From positions 1-36,381 of the forward strand of contig JBHIFL010000043.1 of the NCBI GenBank assembly GCA_046761065.1: a DNA stretch of 36,381 nucleotides, read 5' to 3'. Made by a program: the position numbers and the translations under genes. The notes below the pieces were generated by a model. It saw only the letters and a program-made list of their open reading frames with translations, was not told the DNA's origin and ran no database searches. Positions 19,911 through 28,956 of the stretch are shown here, one piece after another; position 1 is the first letter of the stretch; each line of letters begins with the position of its first letter. This DNA is from Candidatus Heimdallarchaeota archaeon (GTDB lineage Archaea > Asgardarchaeota > Wukongarchaeia > Wukongarchaeales > JBHIFL01).

Positions 19911-22373
19911 ATGAGTAAATTTGTGCCCAAAATCAAAGCAAAACGATGGGACGCAAGTGCCCAACCCCAGATCTTTAAACGCTGGGAGCAAGAAGGAATA
20001 TATCGCTTCGATAAAAACTCCCAAAAACCGATCTTTTCAATTGATACACCCCCTCCTTATGCAAACGCCCCATGGCATGTCGGTGGAGCCATCCATTATG
20101 CATATCAGGATTTTTTCGTCCGATATCTCCGCATGAAAGGTTATGAACTCTTATATCCAATGGGCCTTGATCGAAACGGTTTGCCCGTTGAGATACAAAC
20201 CGAGAAAGAATTTGGTATCAAGATGCATGAGACCCCACGAGGCGAGTTCATCCAGAAATGTGAGGAACTTCTCTCTCGATATGGTAATCAGATACTCTCC
20301 ATTTGTCGTCGACTTGGAATCTCTTATAACTCATTAGAATGGGATGAAGTGTACAAGACGGATCAGCCGGAATATCGAGCCCAGACCCAAGCGACGATTA
20401 TTGAGCTATGGCACAAAGGATTAATTTACGAGGATGATCGCCCCAATAACTGGTGTTCAGAGTGTGGAACCACGTTAGCAGATGCCGAGATCGAATACAT
20501 TGAGACAGAAACCATCCTCATTACAATGCGTTTCAAAGTTAAAGAAACAGGAGAGGATCTCCACATCGTGACCACCCGACCAGAGCTGTTACCAGCCATT
20601 GGGTTGGTCATCTACCATCCGGACGATTCCCGTTATCAACATCTCGAAGGGAAGACCGCGATTACCCCATTATTTGAGATTGAAGTGCCAATAATGATGG
20701 ATCGAGAGGCCCAAATGGATTTTGGGACTGGGATCGCGATGATGTGTAGTTTTGGGGACTTGACAGACATCCGCCTTTTTAAGGAACGGCAAATCCCTCC
20801 CCGCTATGTTATTAATTCCAAAGGCCGAATGACTGAACTCGCAGGCAAATACAAAGGAATGACAGTGGAAGACGCTCGTACTGCCGTTATTGAGGACATG
20901 AAGGAACAAGGATTACTTATCAAACAAGAAAAGACACAGCACCGACAGCCTGTTTGTTGGCGAAGTAAAACTCCAATAGAATTCATTGGCATGAAAGAAT
21001 ACTACTTGAAACAGCAAGAATTCATCCCAATTCTTTTGGAATATGCGGACAAGATCGAGTGGCATCCCCTTTCCATGAAACAAGTATGGATCAACTGGTT
21101 AAATGCCGTGAGACAAGACTGGCCTATCTCCCGCCGGCGTTTTTATGGAACCGAATTGCCTATTTGGTACTGTAAAAAATGTGGCGCTCCGCATTTACCG
21201 CCCCCAGGGAAATATTACCGGCCTTGGCGCGATCCAGCTCCTTTCAATGCATGTAGCAAATGTGGTGGGACTGAGTTCGTGGGAGAGACACGGACCGTAG
21301 ATACTTGGCTGGATTCATCTATCAGTCATATCTATATCACGAGCCATCCCCATAATAAACATGATCCTGAGGTATTTGAGCGAATCCTCAATCAAAACAA
21401 AAGGCGATTTATTTGCAGCCTTCGTCCCAATGGCATTGACATCGTTCGGACTTGGTTCCATTATGCAATGTTACGGACTGAACAACTCTACCAGATGTCA
21501 GCCTTTCAACATGCATGGATCTCCGGCATGGTAGTGGCTCATGATGGAAGACCAATGAGTAAGAGCCTAGGTAATATTGTAAACCCCGAGGACGAGATCG
21601 AAAAATATGGGAGTGACGCGTTTCGTTTGTTTGGCGCGCTAGAAGCAAGTCATGGCAGCAATATTCGCTATTCTACAAAACGCGTCGCCGGAGAAGCACG
21701 ATTCATGCAGAAGTTGTGGAGCATTGCAAGGTATATTTCGGCGTTCCCTGAACTCACAGCTGGTTTCAAATTAACGGCAACGGATGAATGGATCTTAGCA
21801 GAACTTAACCAACTGATCCAAGATGTGGATAGGACATATAGCACCTTTAATTTCCATCCGGGTGCCAAAACCATCCGCCACTTCGTCCGGGAAGTGTTTG
21901 CTGACCATTATATTGAGTTGGCGAAGTCAAGAGCCTACAATCGTGAAAATTCCTTTACAGACGTGGAGCAACAAAGTGTCTGGTATACCCTCCATATATG
22001 TGCAAGGACCTTGCTCAAACTGTTAGCTCCAATCTGTCCTTTTATAACAGAGGCTATTTGGACCCAGCACTATTCCACCAAAAGTATTCACCTTGAACAG
22101 TTCCCTGAACCTCTCAAAGACATCGACCCTTCGATGACAAAAAACACCAATGCAATGATGACCTTGAACAGTATTATTTGGGCTCTCAAGAAGCAAAACA
22201 ACCGTTCGTTAAGATCAGAGATGGACACAATCTACCTCCCTCCTAACCTTATGGTATTTTCGAAAGATCTTCAAGCGATGCATAATGTAAAACTTGTATG
22301 TACCACAGAGATGTCTCTATCAGAATGGTTAGAGATCATCCAACGCCAACCAACGACGTTCCTCAAACTCTGA
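19911..22373 (+). CDS. valS: Valine--tRNA ligase (archaeal type)
   Basis: FSIDTPPPY, HIGH variant HVGG, TTRPEL, DFGTG, DWPISRRR, DTWLDSS, KMSKS variant PMSKSLGN, DHYIELAK. Confidence 0.93.
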   Translation: MSKFVPKIKAKRWDASAQPQIFKRWEQEGIYRFDKNSQKPIFSIDTPPPYANAPWHVGGAIHYAYQDFFVRYLRMKGYELLYPMGLDRNGLPVEIQTEKEFGIKMHETPRGEFIQKCEELLSRYGNQILSICRRLGISYNSLEWDEVYKTDQPEYRAQTQATIIELWHKGLIYEDDRPNNWCSECGTTLADAEIEYIETETILITMRFKVKETGEDLHIVTTRPELLPAIGLVIYHPDDSRYQHLEGKTAITPLFEIEVPIMMDREAQMDFGTGIAMMCSFGDLTDIRLFKERQIPPRYVINSKGRMTELAGKYKGMTVEDARTAVIEDMKEQGLLIKQEKTQHRQPVCWRSKTPIEFIGMKEYYLKQQEFIPILLEYADKIEWHPLSMKQVWINWLNAVRQDWPISRRRFYGTELPIWYCKKCGAPHLPPPGKYYRPWRDPAPFNACSKCGGTEFVGETRTVDTWLDSSISHIYITSHPHNKHDPEVFERILNQNKRRFICSLRPNGIDIVRTWFHYAMLRTEQLYQMSAFQHAWISGMVVAHDGRPMSKSLGNIVNPEDEIEKYGSDAFRLFGALEASHGSNIRYSTKRVAGEARFMQKLWSIARYISAFPELTAGFKLTATDEWILAELNQLIQDVDRTYSTFNFHPGAKTIRHFVREVFADHYIELAKSRAYNRENSFTDVEQQSVWYTLHICARTLLKLLAPICPFITEAIWTQHYSTKSIHLEQFPEPLKDIDPSMTKNTNAMMTLNSIIWALKKQNNRSLRSEMDTIYLPPNLMVFSKDLQAMHNVKLVCTTEMSLSEWLEIIQRQPTTFLKL

Positions 22374-22503
22374 CCAGCATTGATGCTTAAAATGTCCAAT
22401 GAAAATCAAGTTTTAAAAATGACCGTTCCTTAGAGAAAGATCTTTCAAATAATACTAGTTGTTATTTATTCCCTTAAGAAAAAAGCGTCGTGAGGAAATT
22501 TAG

Positions 22504-23292
22504 ATGAATTGGAAGGAAATGTGTGAAGTTCCCATTGTTCGTATTGAGGGAATAGAAGTCCCGCGGGTTCTTATTGGCTCCTCGCCCTTCATTGGAGCAG
22601 GGCAGTTCGGAACGCGGAGTGCATCCTATTATAAGACATTTAGCAACCCAGAAAATATAGCAAAAATCCTAGTTACAGCTGCTGACTTGGGCATCCCGGC
22701 TGCCCACATTATCCCTGCAGCCAATGTGTTAGAAGGGGTTAGAATAGCCGAGAAAGAAACTGGTATCACATTTTACAAGTCTGGAAGCACATTGCCTGAT
22801 GCCAAAGCAAGTATTGCTGAGCTACAACAGCTGGGGGTAGAAATTGTCTTCATCCACGGCGTGATTACCGATCACATGAATATTAAAACCATTCAAAAAA
22901 TTGAAAACCAAATTTTAGATAAGGAGATGATTCCTGGGGCCGCCATTCATGACGTCCTCCCCGTGTTGGCTTGGCTAAAAAATCACCGTGAGAACTTAAC
23001 GCTAAAAACGATCATGATGCCTTTTAATTATTCAGGAACGTTTGTAGGGAATTTGAGAAAGGCACAAAAACTCATGAAAGAGCTTAAGATGAATGTATTT
23101 GCCATGAAACCACTCGCAGCAGGAATACTTCCACCTGAAAAAGCATTTCGGTTTGTATTTAAGACAAAATTGATAAATGTTGCTATATTCGGTGTTGCAA
23201 GTGAAGTAGAGGTGCAGCAATCGATAACTGTAGTTAAAAATATCCTGAAGGGGCAAAAAAATTCTAAGTTTAAACCTTTCCAGACATTTTGA
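22504..23292 (+). CDS. Aldo/keto reductase-like protein
   Basis: VPRVLIGSSPFIGAGQFG N-terminus and AMKPLAAG motif. Confidence 0.65.
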   Translation: MNWKEMCEVPIVRIEGIEVPRVLIGSSPFIGAGQFGTRSASYYKTFSNPENIAKILVTAADLGIPAAHIIPAANVLEGVRIAEKETGITFYKSGSTLPDAKASIAELQQLGVEIVFIHGVITDHMNIKTIQKIENQILDKEMIPGAAIHDVLPVLAWLKNHRENLTLKTIMMPFNYSGTFVGNLRKAQKLMKELKMNVFAMKPLAAGILPPEKAFRFVFKTKLINVAIFGVASEVEVQQSITVVKNILKGQKNSKFKPFQTF

Positions 23293-23314
23293 GAAAGACA
23301 ATGTGGTGAGACAA

Positions 23315-23608
23315 ATGAAGGGGAAACTTGAAGAAATTATTTCTTACGCGCGATTTGCCAACGATATTTCCAAGTATAAGGTGCTGTATAGAGATTTTGA
23401 TACCTTAGTAGAGTGTTCTCTTCAAGAATTTCTGGAGCAAGACGATCCACCAATCCCCCGCCATCGTATCCATTTGATAAGAGTTAAGGAAGGCAAAAAG
23501 ATAAGACCGGTTTTTGTGAAGCATGGCTACTGTCCAAATTGTGGGCAGAAGTTACAAGACCAAGGAAAGACTTGTTATGGGTGCGGATTTATAGTGTCCC
23601 ATATATAA
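23315..23608 (+). CDS. DUF504/MJ1316 domain protein with a C-terminal zinc ribbon
   Basis: VLYRD and IPRHRIHLIR signature; CPNCG...CYGCG tail; GGTGA RBS before ATG 23315. Confidence 0.7.
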   Translation: MKGKLEEIISYARFANDISKYKVLYRDFDTLVECSLQEFLEQDDPPIPRHRIHLIRVKEGKKIRPVFVKHGYCPNCGQKLQDQGKTCYGCGFIVSHI

Positions 23609-23816
23609 GAGATTAGGTATTACCTGATCCTGAATTTTACTGTTTTAGTTTGGTTGTGATTGGATCGTACAGATATTGTGAAAGGCAGTGAATGGAATTA
23701 CACCCATCTCTATACTTAGGCTTTAGTTCATTAAGTCTTTACAATACATTCTCGAAAATACATTGAACATGAGTACATAAATAGTTCGTCTAGATAAGAT
23801 TCAGTAGGGAAACCAA

Positions 23817-24524
23817 TTGAGTGAACGGAAAAGAAACTCTGTACGTCACGACACACATAAAGGGCTTATTCATGTGGATCAAATCACGAAAAAATACTTG
23901 CTTTATGAAGTCGAAATACTAGCATTAAGAGAGATAACCTTAACTATTGAGCAAGGGGAATTTACTACTCTTGTGGGGCCTTCAGGCAGTGGGAAAACGA
24001 CTTTATTGAATTTGATTGGGCTTTTGGATACCCCAACTTCCGGGACCATCTTTTTTGATGGTAAAGACGTATCTACCCTGAGTCATAAACAGAAACAACA
24101 GATTCGGCTCAACGAAGTTGGGTTTGTGTTTCAGGACTTCAACCTTATCCCTAGCTTAACTGCCTTGGAAAACGTTCAATTACCCTTACTCTTTGCCAGA
24201 AAATCTAGTAAAAAACAACAGCAATGTGCCACAGAATTACTTGAGAGAGTGGGTTTGACAAAACGAGCTCGCCATCTCCCATCCCAATTAAGTGGTGGAG
24301 AAAAACAGCGAGTGGCCATTGCTCGAGCGCTAGCAAATCAACCAAAGGTAGTTTTAGCAGATGAGCCGACAGGTAACTTAGATTCAACGACCGCGGTAGA
24401 AGTTTTCAAGCTGTTCAGATCCTTGGTTGATGAAAATAGAACAATAATTGTAGGAACTCACAACCAAGAGTTGGCAAAACAAGCAGATCGAATATTTTTA
24501 TTACGAGATGGAAGAATCACTTAA
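23817..24524 (+). CDS. ABC transporter ATP-binding protein, LolD/MacB-like
   Basis: Walker A GPSGSGKTT, VFQDFNL, LSGGEKQRVAIARAL, LADEPTGNLD, H-loop. Confidence 0.93.
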   Translation: MSERKRNSVRHDTHKGLIHVDQITKKYLLYEVEILALREITLTIEQGEFTTLVGPSGSGKTTLLNLIGLLDTPTSGTIFFDGKDVSTLSHKQKQQIRLNEVGFVFQDFNLIPSLTALENVQLPLLFARKSSKKQQQCATELLERVGLTKRARHLPSQLSGGEKQRVAIARALANQPKVVLADEPTGNLDSTTAVEVFKLFRSLVDENRTIIVGTHNQELAKQADRIFLLRDGRIT

Positions 24525-24627
24525 GAAAACCTATGATATTCAGATAATTGGTTCGCCCAATTTACTAATCAAAGCTGCAATATAACAACTCACCTTATAA
24601 ACTAACTCTTGAATTAGTTGTAAATAG

Positions 24628-25170
24628 TTAAATATTATCAAGTGCTTGAAGCGCTTTTTTAAGCAGCTCTTTTTCATCTACGGGTTCTTTTATTTGATGC
24701 CTTACTTCAATAATTGAACTATTTCGTTTTTTTGTGCCGTTATCTTCCCGAATTTCGGTCAATGGAGGTAACTGAGGTGTTTCAAGAGTGGATTCCAGCT
24801 TACGTACTTTTTCTTTTATGCGAACCAGCTTATGGCGAATAAATCCTAAGTTCGCCCCAAGATCCGCTAGTACCATGAGCACCCCAGAGCACGTCGGCGC
24901 TAACAGGAGGGTTCCATGTTGATACTCAACCATTACTGTTCTTAATTTTTTCAGGGCATAATTCATTCCCATTTCCACATAACTTTGGACTATGGCACAT
25001 CCGAGGAACGCATGGAGCTGATCCACGTGGGATGTCGGCTCAGAGGTGGTATTCCGCTTCAGGACGCCTTTCACAACTCCTGCGAGGTCTGTATAGAGTA
25101 CAACCTGAATTTGTGGCTCTGATTTCGCTAACTCTTCTAAAAATAGAGTAAATTCTCTCTTCGGATACAT
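24628..25170 (-). CDS. Roadblock/LC7 domain protein with a C-terminal extension
   Basis: Roadblock pattern (LEEL...IQVVLYTDLAG...VMVEYQHGTLLL...VLMVLA...ANLGFIR) plus a roughly 50-aa tail ending in an amphipathic helix (ELLKKALQALDNI). Confidence 0.8.
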   Translation of the reverse strand: MYPKREFTLFLEELAKSEPQIQVVLYTDLAGVVKGVLKRNTTSEPTSHVDQLHAFLGCAIVQSYVEMGMNYALKKLRTVMVEYQHGTLLLAPTCSGVLMVLADLGANLGFIRHKLVRIKEKVRKLESTLETPQLPPLTEIREDNGTKKRNSSIIEVRHQIKEPVDEKELLKKALQALDNI

Positions 25171-25918
25171 CTAGGATTACCTCGCTTACTAACACATCCC
25201 CTTTCTATGTGTCCCCTTTCTGTGCGTCAAGCGCCCTTCACGAACTTGTATCAGGGACGCTTTCACAACCCGTATATTATAATTGTTCAGTCACCTAAAA
25301 TATCTCTTAACTAATTTAATAAGCTTTCTGACTAAACCTCTCCGGATTTCTGATATATTTCTCCGGATTTTTTTAATTTGATATTTATTTCATTCAAATG
25401 CGAATAAGAAGTGTAAAAAAGTCTTAAGCGATGTTATATAGTAGAACTGTGTTACAAAAACTGTAACTCCACTAAGTAAGGAAATTTATGCCCAATATCT
25501 TGTTGAGAAGGTATAATTTTCATCTTTGATTGTACATTTCAAGAGTTCACATGATGGAATGATATCCAAGAAATTGATTATATCCATTCGCTCAACCTGA
25601 TAGAGGTTCATCCCGCCCAACCTGATAGAATGCTATTTCCCAAAGATTCCTCATATCTAATAACATCTTTTCATACTTCCTGCATGAGAGGAGTCACTGT
25701 ACTCTACTCTCTTCTTATAATATGTAGACTATAAAATATTGAGCGAATAAAGTGAATATTAGGCAACATGAGCGATACATTACGAATACGGGTCAGTGAG
25801 AGAGAAGATTGGCTGTCTAAGCTGTTTATACGCAATAATATTATGAGTGATATTTTGGGACCTAGTATAGGAATGTGCCAATCTTTAAGAAATAATAGTC
25901 CAGAAACAAATTATCTAA

Positions 25919-26605
25919 TTATAAGATCACATATGCCATAAAACCTATATTTAGCATCACATGTCCAAAAGCTAAGCCTACGATATTGTGGGTTTTCAAC
26001 GCAGCCACATCTCCAGTGGTTCCTAAGACAAGTGTCAGCGTTATGGCTCCCGGCAGCGAAAGCACCGGCGCCAATATGGCAATTTCATACAAATGGACAA
26101 GTACCCATGTGCAATTTTGCATAAGCACCCCAAATGTGGCATTACTATATTTTGTTACTTGCAGGAGGATGAACCCACGAGTCCAGATGTCTGTCACGGC
26201 GGCCATCCAACTGAACAAAGTTCCTGTTAGTATAAGCTCAGCTAGTGTCATCTGCTCATACCCTCCTGCAAAAGCCGAGTAAAAGGTCGAGTTATTCAAG
26301 TTATAAATAAAAATCCCTAGCGCAATGGCATAGACAAGACTCCCGTAAAGTAGGGATTCTTTCAGATTCTTTGTAGTGAGACCAAATTCTCCCATACGGG
26401 TTCCTAGTTTTGTCATGGCCCACCAAAAGGGAAACAGGATATAGACAACAGTCATGCGAATGACACGAAATGTTGAACTCTGAAGTCCCGTGAAAAAGAG
26501 ATAATTTTCTCGTATATAGTAGGAGATGCCTGAGATAAGAGCAGAAATGGCGATAAACGCCAAAATTTTGATCAGAGGCACCCGTGTATCCTGATGCAAG
26601 GTCAT
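25919..26605 (-). CDS. CPBP/Abi (Rce1-like) intramembrane protease family protein with a degenerate motif 1
   Basis: Multi-TM; TDIWTRG in place of EExxxRG, WVLVH, HVMLN. Start placed at ATG 26605 with a GGAGG RBS. Confidence 0.7.
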   Translation of the reverse strand: MTLHQDTRVPLIKILAFIAISALISGISYYIRENYLFFTGLQSSTFRVIRMTVVYILFPFWWAMTKLGTRMGEFGLTTKNLKESLLYGSLVYAIALGIFIYNLNNSTFYSAFAGGYEQMTLAELILTGTLFSWMAAVTDIWTRGFILLQVTKYSNATFGVLMQNCTWVLVHLYEIAILAPVLSLPGAITLTLVLGTTGDVAALKTHNIVGLAFGHVMLNIGFMAYVIL

Positions 26606-26627
26606 GCCTCCTATGGTTATTAGAAGA

Positions 26628-27644
26628 CTAGCGTCGAATTGCCGAGAACGTCCACAAGGGAGCAGGTTGGAGATTGATAGATGTGAAGCCCGAGTTCGCA
26701 AGGGTGGCGCGAAAAGTCTCACGCATGGGATATTTTGGGAAGAAGGGGATCACATTCCAGATCCATTCGAGGAGGAGAGGTTGCCCGGCTTTATCACGAA
26801 GGGGGTTAAACCCGGCAAGGGAGCCAGACGGGCGTAACAGTTTCGCCAAGTCAGGTATGCGTTGGAGGGAAATATAGGTTTCGTGATGGAATGTGAATAT
26901 CGCATCATACGTTTTGTTAATAGTTGCCGTTAATGGTGCGATTGGAGGAGCTTTGAGTACTTCTGCGTTTGTTATACCAAATACATCAAAGGTGGCTTCA
27001 ACAGCACGAACATATTTCGTACTGTGGACAACTGTTGTGATTTCAATATTTTCAGGGAGGAGCCGATTAAGAGTGAGGGTAGAGTTGCCCGTAAACCCCC
27101 CGAGATCGAGAATGCGGAATTTCTCACCATGTGTTGTTTTTTTAGCGATATGCTCAGTAATTCGGCTTTGCGTTATGATCAGCTCGCGGAGGGTTTCAGC
27201 GGATTCCAAGCTTGTTAGAGAGTCCCAAATATAGGGATTTTTATCAAAAGAAACCCCTATCATTTCATTCCGAAGCTTCGCTGGGAATACTTCTGCAAGC
27301 TGCTTAATCATGCGTTCCCAAATCACTAAATCTGAGGCGAAGGAATTCTCTGGGTGTGGGCTGGGAAGTTCCGGAAAATTCAAAGGGGTTTGAAATAGAT
27401 CCGACCCAGGTTCAGAGTTGAGGAACCCAAATGAAGCTAACTTATTTAGCCAAACACCAAGCATTTCAGGATTCTGATATTTTTTCTCATAAGCGATTTC
27501 CATAAGTGATTTTGGAGAGCTAAGCAGCGTATAGATTCCTTCTTGGGTAGCCACATCGTGAGCAATTTTAGCTGAGAGGTAGTCTATATTGGATAGTATT
27601 GATATAACTGCTTTTTTTCGATCTTCTGGAAAGGGCACCTCCAC
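26628..27644 (-). CDS. Class I SAM-dependent methyltransferase with an N-terminal HTH-like domain
   Basis: RILDLGGFTG motif I, YDAIF, LLRPSG, LANSGF; N-terminal LMEIA...WLNKLASFGFL. Confidence 0.75.
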   Translation of the reverse strand: MEVPFPEDRKKAVISILSNIDYLSAKIAHDVATQEGIYTLLSSPKSLMEIAYEKKYQNPEMLGVWLNKLASFGFLNSEPGSDLFQTPLNFPELPSPHPENSFASDLVIWERMIKQLAEVFPAKLRNEMIGVSFDKNPYIWDSLTSLESAETLRELIITQSRITEHIAKKTTHGEKFRILDLGGFTGNSTLTLNRLLPENIEITTVVHSTKYVRAVEATFDVFGITNAEVLKAPPIAPLTATINKTYDAIFTFHHETYISLQRIPDLAKLLRPSGSLAGFNPLRDKAGQPLLLEWIWNVIPFFPKYPMRETFRATLANSGFTSINLQPAPLWTFSAIRR

Positions 27645-27810
27645 AATACCAACCCCATTTGTTTATTAAGGAGTTCTAAAAAAAAGGTTCTTGCTTCATC
27701 AACCCCGATCAATTCTGCTATGTATCAGCCTTCACGAAATACTTATGCATTACAACATTACTATAGTTAAATTGTCATATCGATACTTAACCAAAAAGCT
27801 TCCGGAATTT

Positions 27811-28449
27811 ATGAATCAAATCTTATCATCTTGGCTATGGAGGTCGAATGCACTGTTTCAGGACTTTCTTGGATTTTTATTAGAAATTGGCAGACTTAAA
27901 TTGTTAAAGAGGAGTGGCTGGATTTTTTCGGGGGTTAATGCTGCCCAAACCGAGTCTATAGCAGATCACTCCTTCCGAACAGCCATACTCACCCTTTTAC
28001 TTTGTAAAAACTTGGAACGAAAAGGAGTGCAAATCAATACTGAACAGGCGGTAACATTAGCTCTTCTTCACGACGTAGTAGAGTGTTTTACCCATGATAT
28101 TGATCGTCGGGTAATAAATTTGGGAGGTAAGGCTATGAAACAAGGAAAGCGCAATGCAGAACGAATAGCGATTACCAGATTAAGCCAAAAATTAGGAGCG
28201 CTTGGATATATTCTAGAAGATGCTTGGAAACACCTTGAAACTGACAATAGTTTGGAAGTTCAGCTCATGCGGATGTGTGATCGTATTGAAACAACTATCC
28301 AAGCTTTTGAGTATGTTTTACAAGGCCACCGAGTAGAACAGTTTCAGGAGTTCTGGCAAGAGGCGAAAACCCAAAAAGAAAAAGCTCCCAGCGAGCTCGT
28401 AGAACTTCTTGATCAGATTCTAGTTCGAATAAAGATACTTAAATTATAG
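27811..28449 (+). CDS. HD-domain hydrolase (YfbR/HDDC2-like 5'-deoxynucleotidase)
   Basis: LKLLKRSGW, ESIADHSFR, ALLHDVVE, CDRIE. Start codon uncertain. Confidence 0.85.
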   Translation: MNQILSSWLWRSNALFQDFLGFLLEIGRLKLLKRSGWIFSGVNAAQTESIADHSFRTAILTLLLCKNLERKGVQINTEQAVTLALLHDVVECFTHDIDRRVINLGGKAMKQGKRNAERIAITRLSQKLGALGYILEDAWKHLETDNSLEVQLMRMCDRIETTIQAFEYVLQGHRVEQFQEFWQEAKTQKEKAPSELVELLDQILVRIKILKL

Positions 28450-28465
28450 CAATTTATTATAGAAG

Positions 28466-28684
28466 TTACACGAATATACCTAAGCTAAGTAAAATGAAAT
28501 ATATGGCAAAACCAAGAAAGAGGGCAGCAAGTACGAGCCGTACAAGGGAGCCTTTTAAGGTCTTCAGGCGATTAGTTTCTTCATAGGCAATGAATTGAAA
28601 AAGGAAGAACAGGCCAAAGATAAAAAATAAAGCTCCTAGTAAATTCACGAAGCCAGGCCGGAGGGGAGGACTCCATTGGGACAT
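28466..28684 (-). CDS. OST5/TMEM258-like oligosaccharyltransferase small subunit
   Basis: 72 aa with two TMs: SQWSPPL.P..., GLFFLFQFIAYE, AALFLGFAIYFILLSLGIFV, closely paralleling TMEM258 as recalled (SRYTSPVNP..., [32 protein letters not shown]). GAGGT RBS. Confidence 0.85.
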   Translation of the reverse strand: MSQWSPPLRPGFVNLLGALFFIFGLFFLFQFIAYEETNRLKTLKGSLVRLVLAALFLGFAIYFILLSLGIFV

Positions 28685-28956
28685 CTGAAAATACCTCTTG
28701 CCGTAGGCGGGGACATAGCCTATTTATCTTTTTGCAAGCTGCAAGAAGGTTCTTGTAATATCTGGGAGTAGAGTGTATAAAGGGGACATTGTGTAGCGGT
28801 TCGAGTAAGAACCAGGATAGAGAAGGGTAAAGAGATGAATAGGGTAAACAACCTCCCCAGAAAAGGTTACCACTCATTAGTATAGAGGATTACAGGAATC
28901 ACTTCTACCTTCCTTTCACTTATTGCAAGCTGATATTAAAAGAGCAATAATTGTAA

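Noticed and set aside
19911-22373. Non-canonical HVGG and PMSKS motifs as signs of an inactive ValRS
   Set aside because: The gene is full length with all other motifs intact, and such variants occur in archaeal class I synthetases.
28581-28877. 98-aa minus-strand ORF
   Set aside because: It overlaps the OST5-like gene in another frame and has no recognisable features.
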